The notes: generated by a model not told the origin, from the letters alone. Counted from the stretch's first letter, positions 27,967 through 38,749 are shown. The stretch is 64,000 bases of DNA from Candidatus Marinacidobacterium sp. (GCA_965204755.1 OZ242011.1:2976001-3040000), one strand, 5' to 3'. Made by a program: numbers and translations.

Positions 27967-29445
27967 GTGAAGGCGCGGGCGGCGCTCGCCGGCGCCGGCG
28001 GCTGCGGGCCCGCGCCGGCTGCGGCCCCCGCGGAAGCCGCGCCGCCCGCGCCGGGTCTCTATGTCCATGTGCCGTTCTGCCGCCGCGTCTGTCCCTACTG
28101 CGACTTCGCGGTGGCTCCGCTCGGCGGACACGCCGCCTCCCGCCGTTTCGCCGACTACCGGGAGGCGCTCCTTCGGGAACTGCAACTGCGCGCGGAGACC
28201 GCCGCGGGCGCGGCGGCGGGCTGCGTCGGTGAGCCGGCCGACACCGTGTACTTCGGAGGCGGCACCCCTTCGCTCGCGCCTCCCGGATTCTTCGCCGAGG
28301 TCCTGGAAACCGCCGCAGACCTCGGGCTGACCACGCCTGCGCCCTGGGTCGTCCTCGAAGCGAACCCCGAGGATCTCGCGCCGGACGAGTCGCCGACTCG
28401 GCCGAGCGACCCCGGTCGAGGCTCGGGCGCGGCGGCCCCCGGAGAAGACCGCGCCCGGCAGTGGGCGGCGGAGGGCGTGGCCGGAGTGAGCCTCGGCGCC
28501 CAGGCCCTCCGCCCCGACCGGCTGCGGTTCCTCGGCCGCGCGCACGCCGGGGACGCCGTCGGCGCGGCCGCCGCCCGGCTCGCCGCCGCCGGCATCCCCT
28601 GGATTTCGCTGGACCTGATCTACGGGGTCCGCGGCGACGACGCGGACGGGATCGCCGCGGAATTCGCCGACGCCGCCGCCCTCCCCGGAGTCACCCACCT
28701 CTCCGCCTACGAACTCACCGTGGAGCCGGGGACGCCCTTCGGACGCCGCGCCGCCGCCGGGGAGTCCCTCACCGGCGGGAGCGACCTCGGCGCCCGGCTG
28801 TTCCGGGCGGTCCACCGGACGCTCGCCGACGCGGGCTTCCCCGCTTACGAAGCCTCGAACTTCGCGCGTTCGCCGAGCGACCGATCCCGGCACAACCGCA
28901 AGTACTGGCTCGGAGCGGCTTACCTCGGAGTCGGGCCGTCGGCGCATTCCTTCCACCCGGCCGTCGCCGGCGGGAACGCTCGCCCCGGCCCGGCGCGGCG
29001 TTCCTGGAACCACCGCGACCTCGCGGACTGGCGCCGCGCCGTCGGCGCGGGACGCCTCCCCGTAGCGGGCTCCGAGGATCTCCCGCCGGGCGCGCTCGCC
29101 CTCGAGGAGGTCTTCCTCCGCCTGCGCATGACCGACGGGCTCGATCTCGCCGGGTTCGCCGACCGCTGCGGCCCGGCCGTCGTGGAAGCGAACCGGGCCC
29201 GCTTCGCGGGTTGGCGCGACCGGGGCCTGGTCCGCTTCGACCGGACGCCCGCCGGCGTCTTCCTCCGTCCGACCCTCGACGGACTCGCGGTGGCGGACTC
29301 GCTGGCGGCGGAGGTGGATCTCTCCCCGCTCGAATCCCCGGTCGAATCCCCGCTCGACCGGCCCGGCCGAAGCGGACTCGACGCCTCCCGGCGGCGCTCG
29401 TCGCCCGCGCTTCCGCCGCCGACCCCGGCCGTGACCGCCGCGTGA
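27967..29445 (+). CDS. hemW: Radical SAM heme chaperone HemW/HemN-like
   Basis: YVHVPFCRRVCPYCDF, YFGGGTPS, EANP, YEASNF..HNRKYW..GVGPSAHS; follows lepA. Confidence 0.85.
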   Translation: MKARAALAGAGGCGPAPAAAPAEAAPPAPGLYVHVPFCRRVCPYCDFAVAPLGGHAASRRFADYREALLRELQLRAETAAGAAAGCVGEPADTVYFGGGTPSLAPPGFFAEVLETAADLGLTTPAPWVVLEANPEDLAPDESPTRPSDPGRGSGAAAPGEDRARQWAAEGVAGVSLGAQALRPDRLRFLGRAHAGDAVGAAAARLAAAGIPWISLDLIYGVRGDDADGIAAEFADAAALPGVTHLSAYELTVEPGTPFGRRAAAGESLTGGSDLGARLFRAVHRTLADAGFPAYEASNFARSPSDRSRHNRKYWLGAAYLGVGPSAHSFHPAVAGGNARPGPARRSWNHRDLADWRRAVGAGRLPVAGSEDLPPGALALEEVFLRLRMTDGLDLAGFADRCGPAVVEANRARFAGWRDRGLVRFDRTPAGVFLRPTLDGLAVADSLAAEVDLSPLESPVESPLDRPGRSGLDASRRRSSPALPPPTPAVTAA

Positions 29446-30755
29446 ACCCCCCGGACGGGCAGCCGCTGACCGGCGGCCGCATCTTCCGGGTCTGGGTTCC
29501 GATGGCGGTGACCTGGATCATGATGTCGGTCGAGGGTCTCCTGGTCGCCGCGGTGGTGGCCCGTTTGGCCGAGCCCACGGTGAACCTCGCCGCCTACGGC
29601 GTGGCGTTCGGCTTCGCGCTCATCATCGAGGCGCCGATCATCATGATCCTGAGCGCCTCGACGGCGCTCTGCCGCGACCGCGAGGCTTTCTACGCGTTAC
29701 GCCGGTTCGCCCGCCGGCTGAACCTGGGGCTCACCCTGACGGTGGTCGCCTGGGTCGTCTCGCCGCTCTATCCGTATGTCGCCGAGAACTGGATGCGGCT
29801 GAGTCCGGAGGTTTGCCACCTGAGCCGGATCTCGCTGCTGGTGCTCCTGCCCTGGCCGGCGGCCATCGGCTACCGCCGGTTCTACCAGGGGGTCATGATC
29901 CGCCACGGGCATACCCGGCGGGTGGCGTACGGCACCGCGCTGCGGCTGGTCGGGATGGCGGCGACCGCCTGGCTGCTCTGGGACAGCCCGCTCCCCGGCG
30001 CGGTGGTGGGCGCGGCGGCGCTCTCGGTGGCGGTGGTGCTCGAAGCGGCGGCCACCCGGCTGATGGCCGCGGACTGCGTCCGGGGCGTCCTCCGGCAGGC
30101 GCGCGCCGGCGAGCCGCTCACCCAGCGCGGAATCTTCCGCTTCTACTGGCCGCTGCTGGTGAGTTCGGTGATCGCCCTCGCCATCCACCCCCTGGTGAAC
30201 CTCTTCCTCGGCCATTCCCGGCTCCCGCTGGAGTCGCTGGCCACCTACCCGGTCGTCACCGCGCTCTCCTTCGTCTTCCGCAGCATGGGCCTCTCCTACC
30301 AGGAAGTGGCCATCGCCTTCATGGACGGGAGCCGCCAGCGCTTCCACGCGCTGTTCCGTTTCGCCATCTGGGTCGGCCTCGGCGCCGCCGCCGCCCAGGG
30401 CCTCATCGCGCTCACCCCGCTCGCGGCGCGCTGGTTCGGGACCGTCGGCGCGTTGACGCCCGACCTCGTGGACCTCTCCGTCCCCGCGCTCCAAATCCTG
30501 GTGGCGATGCCGGTGCTCTCGGTGCTGCTCGCGTTCTGCCGCGCGCTCCTGGTCTGGTGCGCGGAGACCCGCGCCATCACCTGGGCCGGAGGCATCGAGA
30601 TGCTGGCCGCGATCGGCGTCCTGTGGCTGCTCATCGGGCCGGTGGACCTGGTGGGCGTCTTCGCCGCGTGTTGGGCGATCCTCGTCGCCCGCGTGGTGGA
30701 CCTCGGCGCCCTCTACTACTGGTGCGCCCCCGTCGTCCGCCGCCTCCGGAGATGA
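29442..30755 (+). CDS. Multi-pass membrane protein, MATE/MOP-like (ANKH-like)
   Basis: GTGA overlap; about 12 hydrophobic segments; two internal halves (IFRVWVPMA / IFRFYWPLL); IGYRRFYQGVMI. Confidence 0.7.
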   Translation: MNPPDGQPLTGGRIFRVWVPMAVTWIMMSVEGLLVAAVVARLAEPTVNLAAYGVAFGFALIIEAPIIMILSASTALCRDREAFYALRRFARRLNLGLTLTVVAWVVSPLYPYVAENWMRLSPEVCHLSRISLLVLLPWPAAIGYRRFYQGVMIRHGHTRRVAYGTALRLVGMAATAWLLWDSPLPGAVVGAAALSVAVVLEAAATRLMAADCVRGVLRQARAGEPLTQRGIFRFYWPLLVSSVIALAIHPLVNLFLGHSRLPLESLATYPVVTALSFVFRSMGLSYQEVAIAFMDGSRQRFHALFRFAIWVGLGAAAAQGLIALTPLAARWFGTVGALTPDLVDLSVPALQILVAMPVLSVLLAFCRALLVWCAETRAITWAGGIEMLAAIGVLWLLIGPVDLVGVFAACWAILVARVVDLGALYYWCAPVVRRLRR

Positions 30756-30839
30756 AGCGCCGCGGCTATCCGTCCGCCGGGTCCGGTCGGTCCCGGATCG
30801 GGGGGCGCTCGAAGCCGGTCAGCGGTCGCCGCGGTCGCC

Positions 30840-30845
30840 TATACT
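30840..30845 (+). promoter_or_regulatory. Putative -10 box upstream of the Type III mod gene
   Basis: TATACT in an otherwise very GC-rich intergenic region. Confidence 0.35.
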
Positions 30846-31005
30846 CGCGGCCGTCGTGGGTTTCACCCCCTTTCGACGGGACGCCGGATCGAGGGCCGGG
30901 CGGTCGTGTCGGCGGCCGACCGGCGAAGTCGCGCCGGCCTCCCCCGAGGAACCCGGTCGAGTGAGCGCGGGCGTTACGGCTTCCGCCCCAAGAGGCTGAG
31001 GGACG

Positions 31006-34000
31006 ATGGCGAACGCGATCTCCGCGCGGGAGAAGTTCCAGGCGCTGTTGCGCGAACTGTTCCAGTTCGACTGCGCCGACCTCGACTTCGGCATCTACCG
31101 CATCATGAACCACAAGCGGGCGGTCATCGAGGAGTTCATCGAAAACGATCTGCTGGCCCTCGTAACCGAGGAAATCGCGTCGGGGGCGCTCGCCGGCCAG
31201 TCGGAAGCCGCAGGGGAACTGGCGACGGCCCGCCGCCGGGTTCGCGAAGCATTCGGTCCGAATGCGATCACCGGTGACGGCGAGATCGAGAGCCGCTTTC
31301 GCGAGACGCCTCTCGGGAAGAAGTATGCGGCCTTGCAGGGGCGGTCCGGCGGGGCGGCCGATCCGGAAGAGATCGAAGCCGACCTCTTCAATCGTCTCTA
31401 CGAGTTCTTTCGACGGTACTACCGCGATGGTGACTTCGTTCCCCAAGGCCGAGGGGCCGGCCGGGCGCCGTTCTCCATCCCCTACGACGGGGCCGAAGTG
31501 CATTTCCACTGGGCGAACCGCGGCCAGTACTATGTGAAGAGCGCCGACCGCTTCCGCCACTACGCCTTCACCGTGGCCGGCGTCTCTGTCCGTTTCGATC
31601 TACGGTCGGCGGAACTGGAACACAACGATGTCAAGGTGGAGGGCCGGTTCTTCGTACCTCTGGTCGGAGAAGCCGAACTCACCGAGGACTCCGGTCGCCC
31701 ATCCCTGAGACTTCCGTTCGAGTACCGGTCGTTCGAAGCGGAGAAGACGCCGGGACTCGGCCCGATGCGCCAGGACGCCCTGCTCGAGCGCGCCGCGAGC
31801 GATCTGCTTGAAAAACTGAAAGGAGAATCCGCTCTGGCCGCGGCGCTGAGCGCCGCGCATCCGACGCGCGCGGCAGACCGGTCGTTGAGTGTTCTGGAAC
31901 ACCATCTCCGCCGATACGCTCGCCGCAACACCTCCGACTTCTTCATCCACCGGAACCTGCGAGCCTTCCTCGAGCGCGAGTTCGATTTCTACCTGAAGAA
32001 CGAGATCGGCGATCTCTATGAAGTCGAAGCGACGGGAACCGAAGCCGTTCGCCGTTGGCTGCACAAGACGCGCGTCCTGAAGAGGGTCGGCGCCCGGATC
32101 ATCGTCTTTCTGGATCAGATCGAGTCGTTCCAGAAGATGCTGTGGGAAAAGCGGAAGTTCGTCACGGCGACGCACTACTGCATCGCGGTAGGCCAAGTCG
32201 GAACCGAGTTCCTTCCGGCGCTCGCCGCGAACGAAGCCCAGTGGACCGAATGGCGGAACCTGGTCCAGCCCGAGTCGGAGGACGACCGGGCGCTCATGTC
32301 CGCCTCCGGCCCGGAGGATCGGCGGATCCGGTTCCTGGAGCGGAATCCGTCCCTGTTGCTGGACACGAGCCACTTCGATCCCGAGTTCACCGAACGACTG
32401 CTGGCGTCCTTCGACGATCTCGACGGGCTCACCGACGGTCTTCTCGTCCACGGCGACAACTTCCACGCGTTGACGCTGCTCGCCGCGCGGTATCGGGGCG
32501 CGGCGCGGTGCGCCTACATCGATCCGCCGTACAACACCGGCGAATCGGAGATCCTCTACAAGAACGGCTACCTCCATTCATCGTGGTTGACCCTGATCGA
32601 GAATCGGGTTACCGCGGCGATGCCCTTGATGGCGGACCCGTTCACGCTGTTCGTGGCCATAGACGACTTCGAGATGTCCGGCCTCTCTGCCTTGCTCGAC
32701 GGCATGGGCCGGATCCACCGGGAGATGATCGTCGTGAACCATCATCCCCAAGGCGGGAAGTCGCGGCTGATGGCGACGACGCACGAGTACATGCTGGCGT
32801 GCTTCGGCGGCAGGACGCCGATGCCGCTCAAGGCGAGGACGGGCGACGGGGAAGTCGAACTTCGGCCCTTCAAGCGGGCCGGCACGGCGGAGAGCAACTT
32901 TCGACGGTGGCGGCCGAACAGTTTCTACGCGATCGTGGTGGATCCGAGCACCAACGAGGTCGTAGGCCTGGAGTCTCCCCCGTCCGGAGGCCCGGGTTCG
33001 TACGACCGGGAGAAAACGCCGGAGGGGTATTCCCGAATCTACCCGATCGGCGCCGGCGGTGAGGAACGAGTGTGGAGGCGGAGTTACGAGTCGTGTCTCA
33101 AGTTGGTCGAGTCCGGAGCGCTTCGGTGCAGCGGGAGGGGAACGATCTACCAGAGCATCGCCGCCGAGGACAAGACTTCGGCCGTGTTCAGCAACTGGAC
33201 CGGGCCCAGGTACAACGCGGGCACTTTCGGAGCGAATCTTCTCGGGGGGATCCTCGGCGCCAGAAACGCTTTTCCGTATCCCAAGTCGATCCACACGGTG
33301 GAGGACGCGATCGTTGCGGGGCGGGTGGGCGCGGAGGACACCTGCCTCGACTACTTCGCCGGCTCCGGCACTACCGGGCACGCCGTGATCAACCTGAATC
33401 GGGAGGACGGCGGTCGGCGCCGGTTCGTTCTCGTTGAAGTCGGGGACTACTTCGATCGGGTGATCCTGCCCAGGATCAAGAGGGTCGCCTTCACTCCCGA
33501 GTGGAAGGATGGCCGGCCGAAGCGGAGCGCGACGAAGGAGGAGGCCGCGCGCGGTCCCCGGATCGTGAAGTACGTGCGACTCGAGAGTTATGACGACGCC
33601 CTGGACAACATCGCGTTCGACCGGGACGCCGCTCGCGCCGGGCTCGGGTTCGAGGACTACCGGCTGCAATACATGCTGAAGTGGGAGACGAAGCGTTGCG
33701 AGACCATGCTGAACGCGGACGCGCTCTCGTCTCCGTTCGGCTACCGGCTGCGCAGTTTCGGCAACGGGGACGAGATGGTCAAGACGGCGGATGCGCCCGA
33801 GACCTTCAACTACCTGATCGGCCTCAGAGTGCGGACGCGTCGGGTGTTTCGGGATGACGACCGTCGGTACTTGGTCTATGCCGGAGAGGCGAAGCGCCGC
33901 CGTACCGTGGTCATCTGGCGGGACACGCGCGGCTGGGGCGAGAAGGAGTTGGCTCGGGACCACCGCTTCGTCGAAGAGAAGGAGATGACGAAGGGCGCCG

Positions 34001-34095
34001 AGGAGGTGTTCATCAACAGCCCGAAACTCGTTCGTGACGCGAAGGAACTCGAGCCGGAGTTCAAACGCCTGATGTTCGCGACGATCGGGAACTGA
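31006..34095 (+). CDS. mod: Type III RM methyltransferase (Mod), long form
   Basis: ADLDFGIYRIMN, YIDPPYNTG (motif IV), FPYPKS, LDYFAGSGTTGHAV (motif I), beta-class order. Confidence 0.9.
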   Translation: MANAISAREKFQALLRELFQFDCADLDFGIYRIMNHKRAVIEEFIENDLLALVTEEIASGALAGQSEAAGELATARRRVREAFGPNAITGDGEIESRFRETPLGKKYAALQGRSGGAADPEEIEADLFNRLYEFFRRYYRDGDFVPQGRGAGRAPFSIPYDGAEVHFHWANRGQYYVKSADRFRHYAFTVAGVSVRFDLRSAELEHNDVKVEGRFFVPLVGEAELTEDSGRPSLRLPFEYRSFEAEKTPGLGPMRQDALLERAASDLLEKLKGESALAAALSAAHPTRAADRSLSVLEHHLRRYARRNTSDFFIHRNLRAFLEREFDFYLKNEIGDLYEVEATGTEAVRRWLHKTRVLKRVGARIIVFLDQIESFQKMLWEKRKFVTATHYCIAVGQVGTEFLPALAANEAQWTEWRNLVQPESEDDRALMSASGPEDRRIRFLERNPSLLLDTSHFDPEFTERLLASFDDLDGLTDGLLVHGDNFHALTLLAARYRGAARCAYIDPPYNTGESEILYKNGYLHSSWLTLIENRVTAAMPLMADPFTLFVAIDDFEMSGLSALLDGMGRIHREMIVVNHHPQGGKSRLMATTHEYMLACFGGRTPMPLKARTGDGEVELRPFKRAGTAESNFRRWRPNSFYAIVVDPSTNEVVGLESPPSGGPGSYDREKTPEGYSRIYPIGAGGEERVWRRSYESCLKLVESGALRCSGRGTIYQSIAAEDKTSAVFSNWTGPRYNAGTFGANLLGGILGARNAFPYPKSIHTVEDAIVAGRVGAEDTCLDYFAGSGTTGHAVINLNREDGGRRRFVLVEVGDYFDRVILPRIKRVAFTPEWKDGRPKRSATKEEAARGPRIVKYVRLESYDDALDNIAFDRDAARAGLGFEDYRLQYMLKWETKRCETMLNADALSSPFGYRLRSFGNGDEMVKTADAPETFNYLIGLRVRTRRVFRDDDRRYLVYAGEAKRRRTVVIWRDTRGWGEKELARDHRFVEEKEMTKGAEEVFINSPKLVRDAKELEPEFKRLMFATIGN

Positions 34096-34115
34096 CCGGA
34101 GGGACCGACGCCCCG

Positions 34116-37100
34116 ATGCCCGGAAGGAGGCGCGCCGGCCGGGCGCGGAGGAAGCCCGGAGCGGCCGGGAAGCCGGGCGCGCCGTTCGAGAGGCGACTGA
34201 GCCTCCTCGGTTGGTTGAACGAACAACTCGGTTTCGAGGACAACCGCGAACTCCTGGGGGACCTGAAACACGCGGACGAGGGTTTCGACTCCGGCGCCGG
34301 TCGCAGTCATGTCCTTTCTCGGTTGCGCTCCCGCGCCGTCCGGCCCCGGGTCGCCCTCGCGGACCTCGACCGCTACGACGGGAACATCCGCCGGCGCCTG
34401 GACTCGATCAACCGGGGGCGGAGGCCGCCGGTCCGGTTGCGCTACTTCCAGCATCTGGCGGCGCTCCACACGGAGATCGTCCTCGACCGACAGGCCCGGG
34501 GGCCGGTAGAGTTGTTGCGATCGCTCAACGACTTCGTCCGGCGGAGAAACGCCAAGCGGGTTCCCGGGGAGGCCGCGCTGCCCGACTTCGACCGGGCGGA
34601 CCTGGCGAAACTGGCGTTCTGGATGGCCACGGGCAGCGGCAAGACGCTGATCTTCCACCTGAACTACCTCCAGTATCTCCACTACGCTCGGCGGCCGCCG
34701 GACAACATCGTGCTGATCACTCCGAACGAGGGACTGAGCGAGCAGCATCTTCTCGAACTGGCGGCTTCGGGCATTTCCGCCCGACGCTTCGACGAGGCAG
34801 GCGGATTGTTTCGATCCGGGGCGGACGCCATCCGGGTCATCGAGGTCACGAAACTGGTGGAGGAAAAGCGTGGGGGCGGGGCGAGCGTCCCGGTGGATTA
34901 CTTCGAGGGGGAGAACCTGATCTTCGTGGACGAAGCGCACAAGGGGTCGGGAGGCGAGAAGTGGCGGACGGTGCGGGACCGGCTCGGGGAGACCGGTTTC
35001 ACCTTCGAATACAGCGCGACCTTCGGGCAGGCTCTCGGCGCGGCGCGCAACGAGGCGCTCACCGATGAGTACGGGAAAGCGATCGCCTTCGATTACTCGT
35101 ACCGCTACTTCCACGGTGACGGTTTCGGCAAGGATTTCGGCATCCTGAATCTCAAGGAGTGGGCGGCCGACGAGACTACGGATCTGTTGTTGTTCGGCAA
35201 TCTCCTGTCCTTCTACCAACAGCAGCGCGTCTTCGCCGAGCGCCGCGAGGAAGTCCGGCCCTACGGCATCGACAAACCGCTGTGGGTCTTCGTCGGCGGC
35301 CGCGTGAACGCGGTGTACAGCCGGGACGGGATTCGGCGGAGTGATGTGCTCACGGTGGTCCGCTTCCTCCAGCGCTTCGCTTCGGATCGCCGGTGGGCCG
35401 AGCGCCGACTCGCGCGGCTCCTGGATGGGCGTTCCGGGCTGGTGACGGAGGCGAAGAACGACCTGTTCCACGGCCGCTACGAACACCTTCGCGGTCTTTC
35501 ACTTTCGCCGGAGGAGTTGCGGAGAGACATTCTGAGCCGACTCTTTCATGCGGAAGCCGATGGGAGTCTCCACCTCGCTTCGCTCGGCAACAGCCCCGGA
35601 GAGATCGGGCTGCGTCTCGGTACTTCGGAGAAGTACTTCGGCTTGATCTACATCGGCGATGTCTCGAAGTTCCGGAAACTCGTGGAGGATGACGGGAGTG
35701 GAGTGCGCTGGGAGACCGAGGCCATCGTGGACTCGCTGTTCTCGAACATCGGGGAGGCGGATACGAACATCGAAATTCTCATCGGGGCCAAGAAGTTCAT
35801 GGAGGGTTGGAACAGTTGGCGCGTCTCGAACATGGGACTGCTCAATGTCGGGCGCGGGGAAGGCGCCCAGATCGTTCAACTGTTCGGCAGGGGGGTCCGG
35901 CTGCGAGGCCTGCGGGCCGGGATGAAGCGGAGCAGCGCGGTCACGGGAACGCATCCCCCGGACCTCGGCCTGCTGGAGACCCTGAACATCTTCTCGGTCC
36001 GAGCCGATTACATGGCGCGGTTCCGCGAGTATTTGGAACTGGAGGGAATTCCGGCCGCGGATCCCGTGGTCCTGCCCTTGCCCGTTCGCCGGAACACCGA
36101 GTTCCTGAGGCGCGGTCTTCTCGTGCCGAAGCCGCCGGAGGAGCGGCGTTTCGAACGGGAGAGCGACCTCGTCTTCACGGTGGACACTTCCATTCAGGCA
36201 TGGGTGGACCGATCCCCGCAACTGCAGTGGCTGTCGAGCGGTGACTCGGGAATGAGCGCGGAAGACATCGACACCGAGACGGACATCGAGATACCCGAGG
36301 CGAGTCTGGACATCCTCGACTGGGAGGAGATCTGGCTGAAACTCATCGACTACCGCGAGGAGAGAGGGTGGAGGAACTTGGCGATACCGCCGGAGGTCCC
36401 GCGCCGGATACTCTCCGTCCGCGAGCCTCACCGCCTCTATCGACTCGGCGCGGAGCGTTCCGTCGTGGAACCGCCGTCGTTTGCGGATCGGGAGCGCCTC
36501 CAGGACCTGGTGTTGGACATTCTCCGGAACTACGCCGACCGGTTCTACCGCGCCCACAGCGAGAGTTGGGACACGGGGAATCTCGAACTCGAAGCGCTCA
36601 CCGAGAAGGACGCCAACTTCCGCGACTACACGGTGCGGGTGGAGCGCGAGGAAGTGAAGTTGGCGCGGGACATCGAGGAGTTGATTCGGGAGACGGACGC
36701 GCTATACGAGAGCGCGCGCGGCCGTCTGCCGCGGATCTACTTCGACCGGCACTTGTACCAGCCCCTTCTCCTCGGACAGGCGGAGGGCATTCGGAGCGAT
36801 CCTCCGGGGCTCAACGAGAGCGAGGAGCGGTTCGTGCGCGACTTGCGGCAGTTCTGGACGGACCGGCGCGACGAACTCCCGGAGGAGACCGAGTTGTTCC
36901 TGCTCCGCAATCTCGAGCGCGGTCGCGGGATCGGCTTCTTCGAGGGGCGGGGCTTCTTCCCCGACTTCATCCTCTGGATCGAGAGTCGTTCCGAACAGCG
37001 GATCGTCTTCGTCGAACCTCACGGCATGGTCCACGCAGCGGCTTATGCCAACGACCACAAGGCGCGTCTCTTCCAGGTGCTGGATCGCTTCACCGAGGAG

Positions 37101-37319
37101 CGCCGCCGCCGGCGTCCCCGCCGGAAGAGGGTGACGCTCGACTCGTTCATCGTTTCCAGGACCTCGTACGAGGACATCCGCCCGAGGTACGATGACGGTA
37201 CTTGGACTCGGGAACGTTTCGCCGACGCCCATATCCTGTTTTTCGACCGGGACCGGGAATACCTGCGCCGGATCCTGCTCCGCGAGGGTTCCCGGACATC
37301 CGATACCACCGGGCGCTGA
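34116..37319 (+). CDS. res: Type III RM restriction subunit (Res), SF2 helicase + nuclease
   Basis: FWMATGSGKT, VDEAH, FEYSATF, EGWN, QLFGRGVR, C-terminal FFPDFILW..VEPHG. Confidence 0.9.
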   Translation: MPGRRRAGRARRKPGAAGKPGAPFERRLSLLGWLNEQLGFEDNRELLGDLKHADEGFDSGAGRSHVLSRLRSRAVRPRVALADLDRYDGNIRRRLDSINRGRRPPVRLRYFQHLAALHTEIVLDRQARGPVELLRSLNDFVRRRNAKRVPGEAALPDFDRADLAKLAFWMATGSGKTLIFHLNYLQYLHYARRPPDNIVLITPNEGLSEQHLLELAASGISARRFDEAGGLFRSGADAIRVIEVTKLVEEKRGGGASVPVDYFEGENLIFVDEAHKGSGGEKWRTVRDRLGETGFTFEYSATFGQALGAARNEALTDEYGKAIAFDYSYRYFHGDGFGKDFGILNLKEWAADETTDLLLFGNLLSFYQQQRVFAERREEVRPYGIDKPLWVFVGGRVNAVYSRDGIRRSDVLTVVRFLQRFASDRRWAERRLARLLDGRSGLVTEAKNDLFHGRYEHLRGLSLSPEELRRDILSRLFHAEADGSLHLASLGNSPGEIGLRLGTSEKYFGLIYIGDVSKFRKLVEDDGSGVRWETEAIVDSLFSNIGEADTNIEILIGAKKFMEGWNSWRVSNMGLLNVGRGEGAQIVQLFGRGVRLRGLRAGMKRSSAVTGTHPPDLGLLETLNIFSVRADYMARFREYLELEGIPAADPVVLPLPVRRNTEFLRRGLLVPKPPEERRFERESDLVFTVDTSIQAWVDRSPQLQWLSSGDSGMSAEDIDTETDIEIPEASLDILDWEEIWLKLIDYREERGWRNLAIPPEVPRRILSVREPHRLYRLGAERSVVEPPSFADRERLQDLVLDILRNYADRFYRAHSESWDTGNLELEALTEKDANFRDYTVRVEREEVKLARDIEELIRETDALYESARGRLPRIYFDRHLYQPLLLGQAEGIRSDPPGLNESEERFVRDLRQFWTDRRDELPEETELFLLRNLERGRGIGFFEGRGFFPDFILWIESRSEQRIVFVEPHGMVHAAAYANDHKARLFQVLDRFTEERRRRRPRRKRVTLDSFIVSRTSYEDIRPRYDDGTWTRERFADAHILFFDRDREYLRRILLREGSRTSDTTGR

Positions 37320-37357
37320 GGGGCCGTCGCCGACCGCGCGGGAGGGCGCGCGGAGGG

Positions 37358-38749
37358 TCAGCCGGTGGACGCTCCGTCCGCCGGGCGGCGGGTGCGGAGG
37401 AAGACGAAGTAGGCGGCGAGGCCGAGGGCGAGGAAGGCGAGGGAGAACCAGGCGCCGCTCGGGGGGCCGGTGAAGAAGAGGGCGATCCAGAGGGCGAGCG
37501 AGAAGAGCGCCGGGATCGGGTAGAGCCACATCCGGAAGGGTTGCGGGATGTCCTTTCGATACCGGGAGAGCAGGAGCACGGCCAGGCACTGCCAGGTGAA
37601 GCGCAGGAGGATCTGCACCTGCATGAGCCAGTTCACCAACTGGCCGAGACTGAAGAAACAGAAGGGCAGGGAAGCGGCGATCAGGCAGACCAGCGAGACA
37701 TGCGGGAAACCGCGTTTCGAGTGGAGGCGGCCGAACACGGAGAAGAACTGGCCGTCGCGGGCGGCGGCGTACGGCATTCGGGAATACCCGAGCGCGAAGG
37801 CGAACACCGAAGCGATGGCGACGAAGAGGATGAGGGCGGTGATGACCGAACCGGCGGTGCGCGCGAGGTTCGGGTCGGTGACGGTCCCGGCGATGAAGGT
37901 GGAGGCGAGGGTGGTGCTTCGGGCGGCTTCCCGCCAGGGAACGGCGCTCAGCATGGCGGTGGTCATGGCGATGTAGATCGCCGCGACCACGCCGATGGAG
38001 AGCAGGATCGAGCGCGGCACCGTCCGCTCCGGCTCCCGGACTTCGCCGGCGATGTTGCAGACCTGGTTGTATCCGCCGAAGGAATACATGGCGATCACCG
38101 AAGCGGCGCCGAGCGCCGGCCAGAACGAGGTGTCCGAAGTCGGCGGAGGGGCGAGCGCCGGCCATTCGAGTCCGTGCAGCACGCCGGCGGCGATCACCCA
38201 ACCCGTCGTGGCGAGCACCAGGGCGAGCATCGCCTTCGACAGGCGCTCCACCGATTCGATGTTTCGATACAGCAGGAACAGCACGAACAGGCAGACGCCG
38301 GTGGCGGCCAGGTCGTGCGCCAGCGCGCCCATCCCGGGCAGGTAGAAGCCGAGGTAGTCGGCGAAGCCGACCGCGCCGCCGGCGAGCGAGAGCGGCGCGA
38401 CCAGGAGGATGTGGAAGAGGAAGAGGAAGGCCAGCGGGCGCCCGAGTCCGAACGGTCGAAACGCCTCGCGGAGGTACAGGTACGGGCCGCCGCTCCCGGG
38501 GAGCGCGGCGCCGAGTTGCGCGTACACCAGGCCGTCGGCCAGCGAGAGCACGGCGCCGACCGCCCAGGCCCAGAGGATGTGCGGGCCGCCCATCGCGGTG
38601 AGCATCAACGGGATCGTGAGGAACGGGCCGATCCCCACCATCCCGATGATGTTGGTCGCGGTGGCGCCGCCGAGGCCCATCCGCCGGGCGAGCGCCGGCG
38701 GAGCGGTTCCTCCCCGGCGGCGGTCCGCCGCCCGGCGGGGCGCGCTCAC
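37358..38749 (-). CDS. APC-family amino acid permease
   Basis: MVGIGPFLTIP, LGAALPGSGGPYLYL, YSFGGYNQVCNIAGEV, YSRMPYAAARDG. Confidence 0.9.
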   Translation of the reverse strand: MSAPRRAADRRRGGTAPPALARRMGLGGATATNIIGMVGIGPFLTIPLMLTAMGGPHILWAWAVGAVLSLADGLVYAQLGAALPGSGGPYLYLREAFRPFGLGRPLAFLFLFHILLVAPLSLAGGAVGFADYLGFYLPGMGALAHDLAATGVCLFVLFLLYRNIESVERLSKAMLALVLATTGWVIAAGVLHGLEWPALAPPPTSDTSFWPALGAASVIAMYSFGGYNQVCNIAGEVREPERTVPRSILLSIGVVAAIYIAMTTAMLSAVPWREAARSTTLASTFIAGTVTDPNLARTAGSVITALILFVAIASVFAFALGYSRMPYAAARDGQFFSVFGRLHSKRGFPHVSLVCLIAASLPFCFFSLGQLVNWLMQVQILLRFTWQCLAVLLLSRYRKDIPQPFRMWLYPIPALFSLALWIALFFTGPPSGAWFSLAFLALGLAAYFVFLRTRRPADGASTG

